A DNA stretch of 28,305 nt. It comes from Planctomycetaceae bacterium. Its GTDB lineage: Bacteria > Planctomycetota > Planctomycetia > Pirellulales > Thermoguttaceae. The notes under the pieces were generated by a model, which worked only from the letters and a program-made list of their open reading frames with translations, made no database searches and had not been told where the DNA came from. This document shows positions 25,436 through 28,305 of this stretch, piece after piece; position 1 is the first letter of the stretch, and each line of letters begins with the position of its first letter. The stretch is from assembly GCA_031276415.1 (NCBI GenBank), contig JAISNF010000396.1, positions 1-28,305 of the forward strand, written 5' to 3'. The position numbers were made by a program, and so were the translations under genes.

Positions 25436-27577
25436 ATGAATATTATTCGAACACTTTCACAGAGTATGATTAACAAGATCGCCGCCGGTGAAGTGATCGA
25501 ACGTCCGGCGAGTGTTCTCAAAGAATTGGTCGAAAACTCGATTGACGCCGGTTCAACACGAATTGATGTTGCCATCGATAAAGGCGGAACCGATTTGTTA
25601 CGAGTAGTCGATAATGGTTGCGGTATTGCGGCGGATCAATTGGTGTTGGCGTTGTCGCCCCACGCAACCAGCAAAATTTCCGACTCCGAAGATTTATTCC
25701 ATATCGGAACATTTGGTTTTCGTGGTGAAGCGTTGGCTTCGATTGCCGAAATCAGTCAAATGTCCATCAAAAGCCGCGTGTCAGAAAGTAACGAAGGTTC
25801 TGAAATTCATAGCAACGGCGGTGAACGAACTACGCCGGTTCCGTGCGGCATACCGGTCGGTTCACAAATTGAAGTCCGTAATCTTTTTTTCAACACGCCG
25901 GTTCGCCGAAAATATATGAAAGCAATCACCACCGAATTTGGACATATTACCGAAACTTTTATCCGGTTGGTGTTGCCGCATCCGGCAATTCATTTCACCT
26001 TAAAACACAACGGACGTATTATTCATGATTTACCGCCGGAAGAAACTCCAATCAACCGAATCCGTCAATTATTTGGCGAAGATGTTACGCGGGATTTGAT
26101 TTATGTGGAAAATCGGGCGGGTTCGGTTGTTCAGGTTTCCGGTTTTGTGTCGCATCCGAACCAAAGCCGTAACAATAACCGAATGCAATACTTTTTTCTC
26201 AATAAACGATACATTCGGGATCGGGCGTTGCAACACGCTTTGGGCGAAGCCTATCGCGGTATTTTGTTGTCGGGGCGTTTTCCGATTGCTTTTTTACAAA
26301 TTGAAATGTCGCCGGACATGTTTGATGTGAATGTTCACCCAACGAAAATGGAAGTTCGTTTTCTTGATTCCAACCGTATTTACGCTGATTTTCTGGGAGT
26401 GATTCGTGAAAAATTCCTCAGTTCCGATTTACGTAACCGATTCCACGCCGACACGTTGGAAAAAACAACCGCCCAAACAGAAACCGCCTCGCAATCGGAT
26501 GAACAATCGCACGCAACACATGGTCTGAATGATCCGCGAACAGCCCTCGCTCATTCGGCAACCGAAGAAACCCGCAAACATATTCATGATTGGGTTGAAC
26601 AAATCAGTCACAGTAAAACCTCCGATGAACCGAATCAGCCGTCCGAAACATCTTCCAAAACATCTTCCAATTTCGGTGAATCCGATTCCGATAAGTCTGG
26701 TTTGGATAAATCCGGTTCTGATAAATCTGATTTTGATGAATTTGGTTTTAATGAATTTAGTTCCGATAAATCCGGTTCTGATGTAACTTATTTTGATAAA
26801 TCCGATTCAATCCAGCGGTTATCGAATCAGATTGGCGGTAAAGATATTTCGTTTCACGCATTGCCGGATCGACCGGTATTATCGGAACAATCGGAACAGG
26901 ATTTGCAATCTTCATTTATGAAGCGTGACGGTAATAGTGTTGAAAACAAGGCGGTGCCGAATGATTTGCAGAGATTATTTTCGGATCGGGTGGCGTATTC
27001 GCCGCAGGGGAAACTCGTTGTTCAGATGCACAATCGTTATCTGATTATGGAAACATCGCGGGGAGTTGCTTTGATTGACCAACACGCATTGCATGAGCGG
27101 GTTCTTTATGAACGGCTCAAGGAAAAAATGAACGAGGGGCAACTGGAATCTCAACGGTTATTGGTTCCGATTCCTGTTGATTTATCTCCTAATGAATTAG
27201 TGTGTGTGGCGGAGCATCTTGAATTTTTTCAAACGCTTGGTCTTTATGTGGAGCCGTTTGGTGGTGAAACCATGTTAATTTCCGCATTTCCGGCGATTCT
27301 ATCGAAAACGCCGCCAACGGAAATTTTGATGTCGTTATTGGAACCGCTTCTTGTAGCGGGAAAGAAAACGAGTCGAACAGAGATGTTGGACGAATTGCTT
27401 CACAGCATGGCGTGCAAGGCGGCGGTCAAAGCCGGTGATCAACTCCGATCTGATGCGATTACTCGGTTGATCATGTTAGCGGAAAAAGAGGTGAATGCTC
27501 ATCATTGTCCGCACGGGCGACCTTCGATACTTATTTTCTCGTGTGAAGAACTCGATAAAATGTTCAAACGCACCTAA
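25436..27577 (+). CDS. mutL: DNA mismatch repair endonuclease MutL
   Basis: GHKL ATPase motifs: IAAGEVIERPASVLKELVENSIDAG, DNGCGI, HATSKI, TFGFRGEALASI and DVNVHPTKMEVRF. C-terminal endonuclease motifs DQHALHERVLYE, ACK and CPHGRP indicate a MutH-independent type. Confidence 0.97.
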   Translation: MNIIRTLSQSMINKIAAGEVIERPASVLKELVENSIDAGSTRIDVAIDKGGTDLLRVVDNGCGIAADQLVLALSPHATSKISDSEDLFHIGTFGFRGEALASIAEISQMSIKSRVSESNEGSEIHSNGGERTTPVPCGIPVGSQIEVRNLFFNTPVRRKYMKAITTEFGHITETFIRLVLPHPAIHFTLKHNGRIIHDLPPEETPINRIRQLFGEDVTRDLIYVENRAGSVVQVSGFVSHPNQSRNNNRMQYFFLNKRYIRDRALQHALGEAYRGILLSGRFPIAFLQIEMSPDMFDVNVHPTKMEVRFLDSNRIYADFLGVIREKFLSSDLRNRFHADTLEKTTAQTETASQSDEQSHATHGLNDPRTALAHSATEETRKHIHDWVEQISHSKTSDEPNQPSETSSKTSSNFGESDSDKSGLDKSGSDKSDFDEFGFNEFSSDKSGSDVTYFDKSDSIQRLSNQIGGKDISFHALPDRPVLSEQSEQDLQSSFMKRDGNSVENKAVPNDLQRLFSDRVAYSPQGKLVVQMHNRYLIMETSRGVALIDQHALHERVLYERLKEKMNEGQLESQRLLVPIPVDLSPNELVCVAEHLEFFQTLGLYVEPFGGETMLISAFPAILSKTPPTEILMSLLEPLLVAGKKTSRTEMLDELLHSMACKAAVKAGDQLRSDAITRLIMLAEKEVNAHHCPHGRPSILIFSCEELDKMFKRT

Positions 27578-27790
27578 CCACAATATAAGTAACATTTCAA
27601 TATGTTGGCTATAAATCGGTAACATTTTCAGCCATTTGAAAATTCAAAAAACGACAGTGCATCAGATTAACATTGGCAATTCCTGTTACAAAACGTTTCG
27701 GTTTTTATTTTCCGTCCATAAACACGAAAAAAAATTTTTGCTATTGGGGTTGACGTGTTTTAATTTTTTATTAAAATAACAAACAATTAA

Positions 27791-28305
27791 TTTCTGAATT
27801 TTTATTTTAAATTTTGGAGACCAAATTACGTTTTGAAAAATAAATTGCCCGAATTTTTGTTCGGGTATTAAAAAAATCGAGTACGTCAACAATACTAAGA
27901 TCGCTTCGGCGAACAGTAATTTTCTACATGACAACCGGATTTTCCGGGTAAAAGATTACTGTGAAATCACAAAGTTACGTTGCTCCCGCTAAGGGAGCGT
28001 CGCGTGTGATTTCATGGGTATAATTTAGTGTTACAATTTGAAACATGTAACACACCACTTATGTCGGTGGGAATGCACCTGTTCTTAGTAACGTGTCGCT
28101 CCTAATCTAGTAGCGATATTTCTGTTGCCGTTTCTCGGCGTTGAGTTTGTTTCCCACTTTGTAACAAAAACAGATTATTTGTTATGTAATCTGTAAAATT
28201 TCAATATCTCTATTGTATAAGGAGAACAAAAATGAAAGTATGAGTCTTTTACGGATTTACATGAGTTCGTTTCTGAGTTTTATTTTAAACTTTGGAGACC
28301 GAATT
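27791..28305 (+). repeat. Pair of 36-37-bp direct repeats about 480 bp apart
   Basis: tttctgaatttttattttaaattttggagaccaaatt (27791-27827) and tttctgagttttattttaaactttggagaccgaatt (28270-28305). Confidence 0.7.
27901..28194. ncRNA. Candidate structured non-coding RNA or hairpin-rich element (family not recognised)
   Basis: At least eight predicted helices in ~295 nt, including a C(UUCG)G tetraloop hairpin at 27901-27912 and nested multibranch stems. No long ORF. Confidence 0.35.

Noticed and set aside
1419-26786. Dozens of 60-170-aa ORFs overlapping the main genes on the opposite strand or in other frames
   Set aside because: They are shadow ORFs of well-supported genes with no recognisable motifs.
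27960-27971. TGTGA-AA-TCACA as a CRP site
   Set aside because: The spacer is 2 nt rather than 6, and the sequence is already explained as part of a larger stem.
27974-28000. gctcccgctaagggagcgtc resembles the hairpin of type I-C CRISPR repeats
   Set aside because: It is a single copy lacking the ATTGAAAC/GTTTCAAT end, with no repeat-spacer periodicity and no cas genes in the window.
28066-28079. ggtg-ggaatg-cacc resembles P2 of the ZTP (pfl) riboswitch; GGGAA also recalls cobalamin riboswitches
   Set aside because: The ZTP GACUGGCG 5' motif and CGCCUGGG pseudoknot partner are absent, and there is no B12 box.

Overview
This is an AT-rich bacterial window, most likely from a planctomycete. 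That is an inference from the YTV-repeat protein, the HzsA-like multiheme protein, the giant TPR protein and the stand-alone Ser/Thr kinase. There are 12 full-length genes: an HzsA-like triheme secreted protein, a large putative glycoside hydrolase, xylB, a 2022-aa TPR protein, coaD, rluD, a YTV-repeat envelope protein, a Ser/Thr kinase, yacG, a tandem SGNH/GDSL esterase, an orphan dhaL and mutL. A probable gene start sits at the left edge. No rRNA, tRNA, CRISPR array, transposase or integrase was seen. The most unusual signal is non-coding. Most intergenic regions hold palindromic elements from several families (GTAAC...GTTAC-bounded, TGTCCGCAG...CTGCGGACA, GTAG-REP and others), repeatedly nested inside one another. 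The extreme case is a ~720-bp six-layer nested palindrome between rluD and coaD. Other highlights are a mirror-symmetric 3x60-aa / 3x60-aa YTV protein, a 57-bp in-frame insert with 7-bp flanking direct repeats in xylB, and a ~300-nt hairpin-dense ncRNA candidate after mutL. All family and domain calls come from motifs read by eye; no database search or folding program was run.
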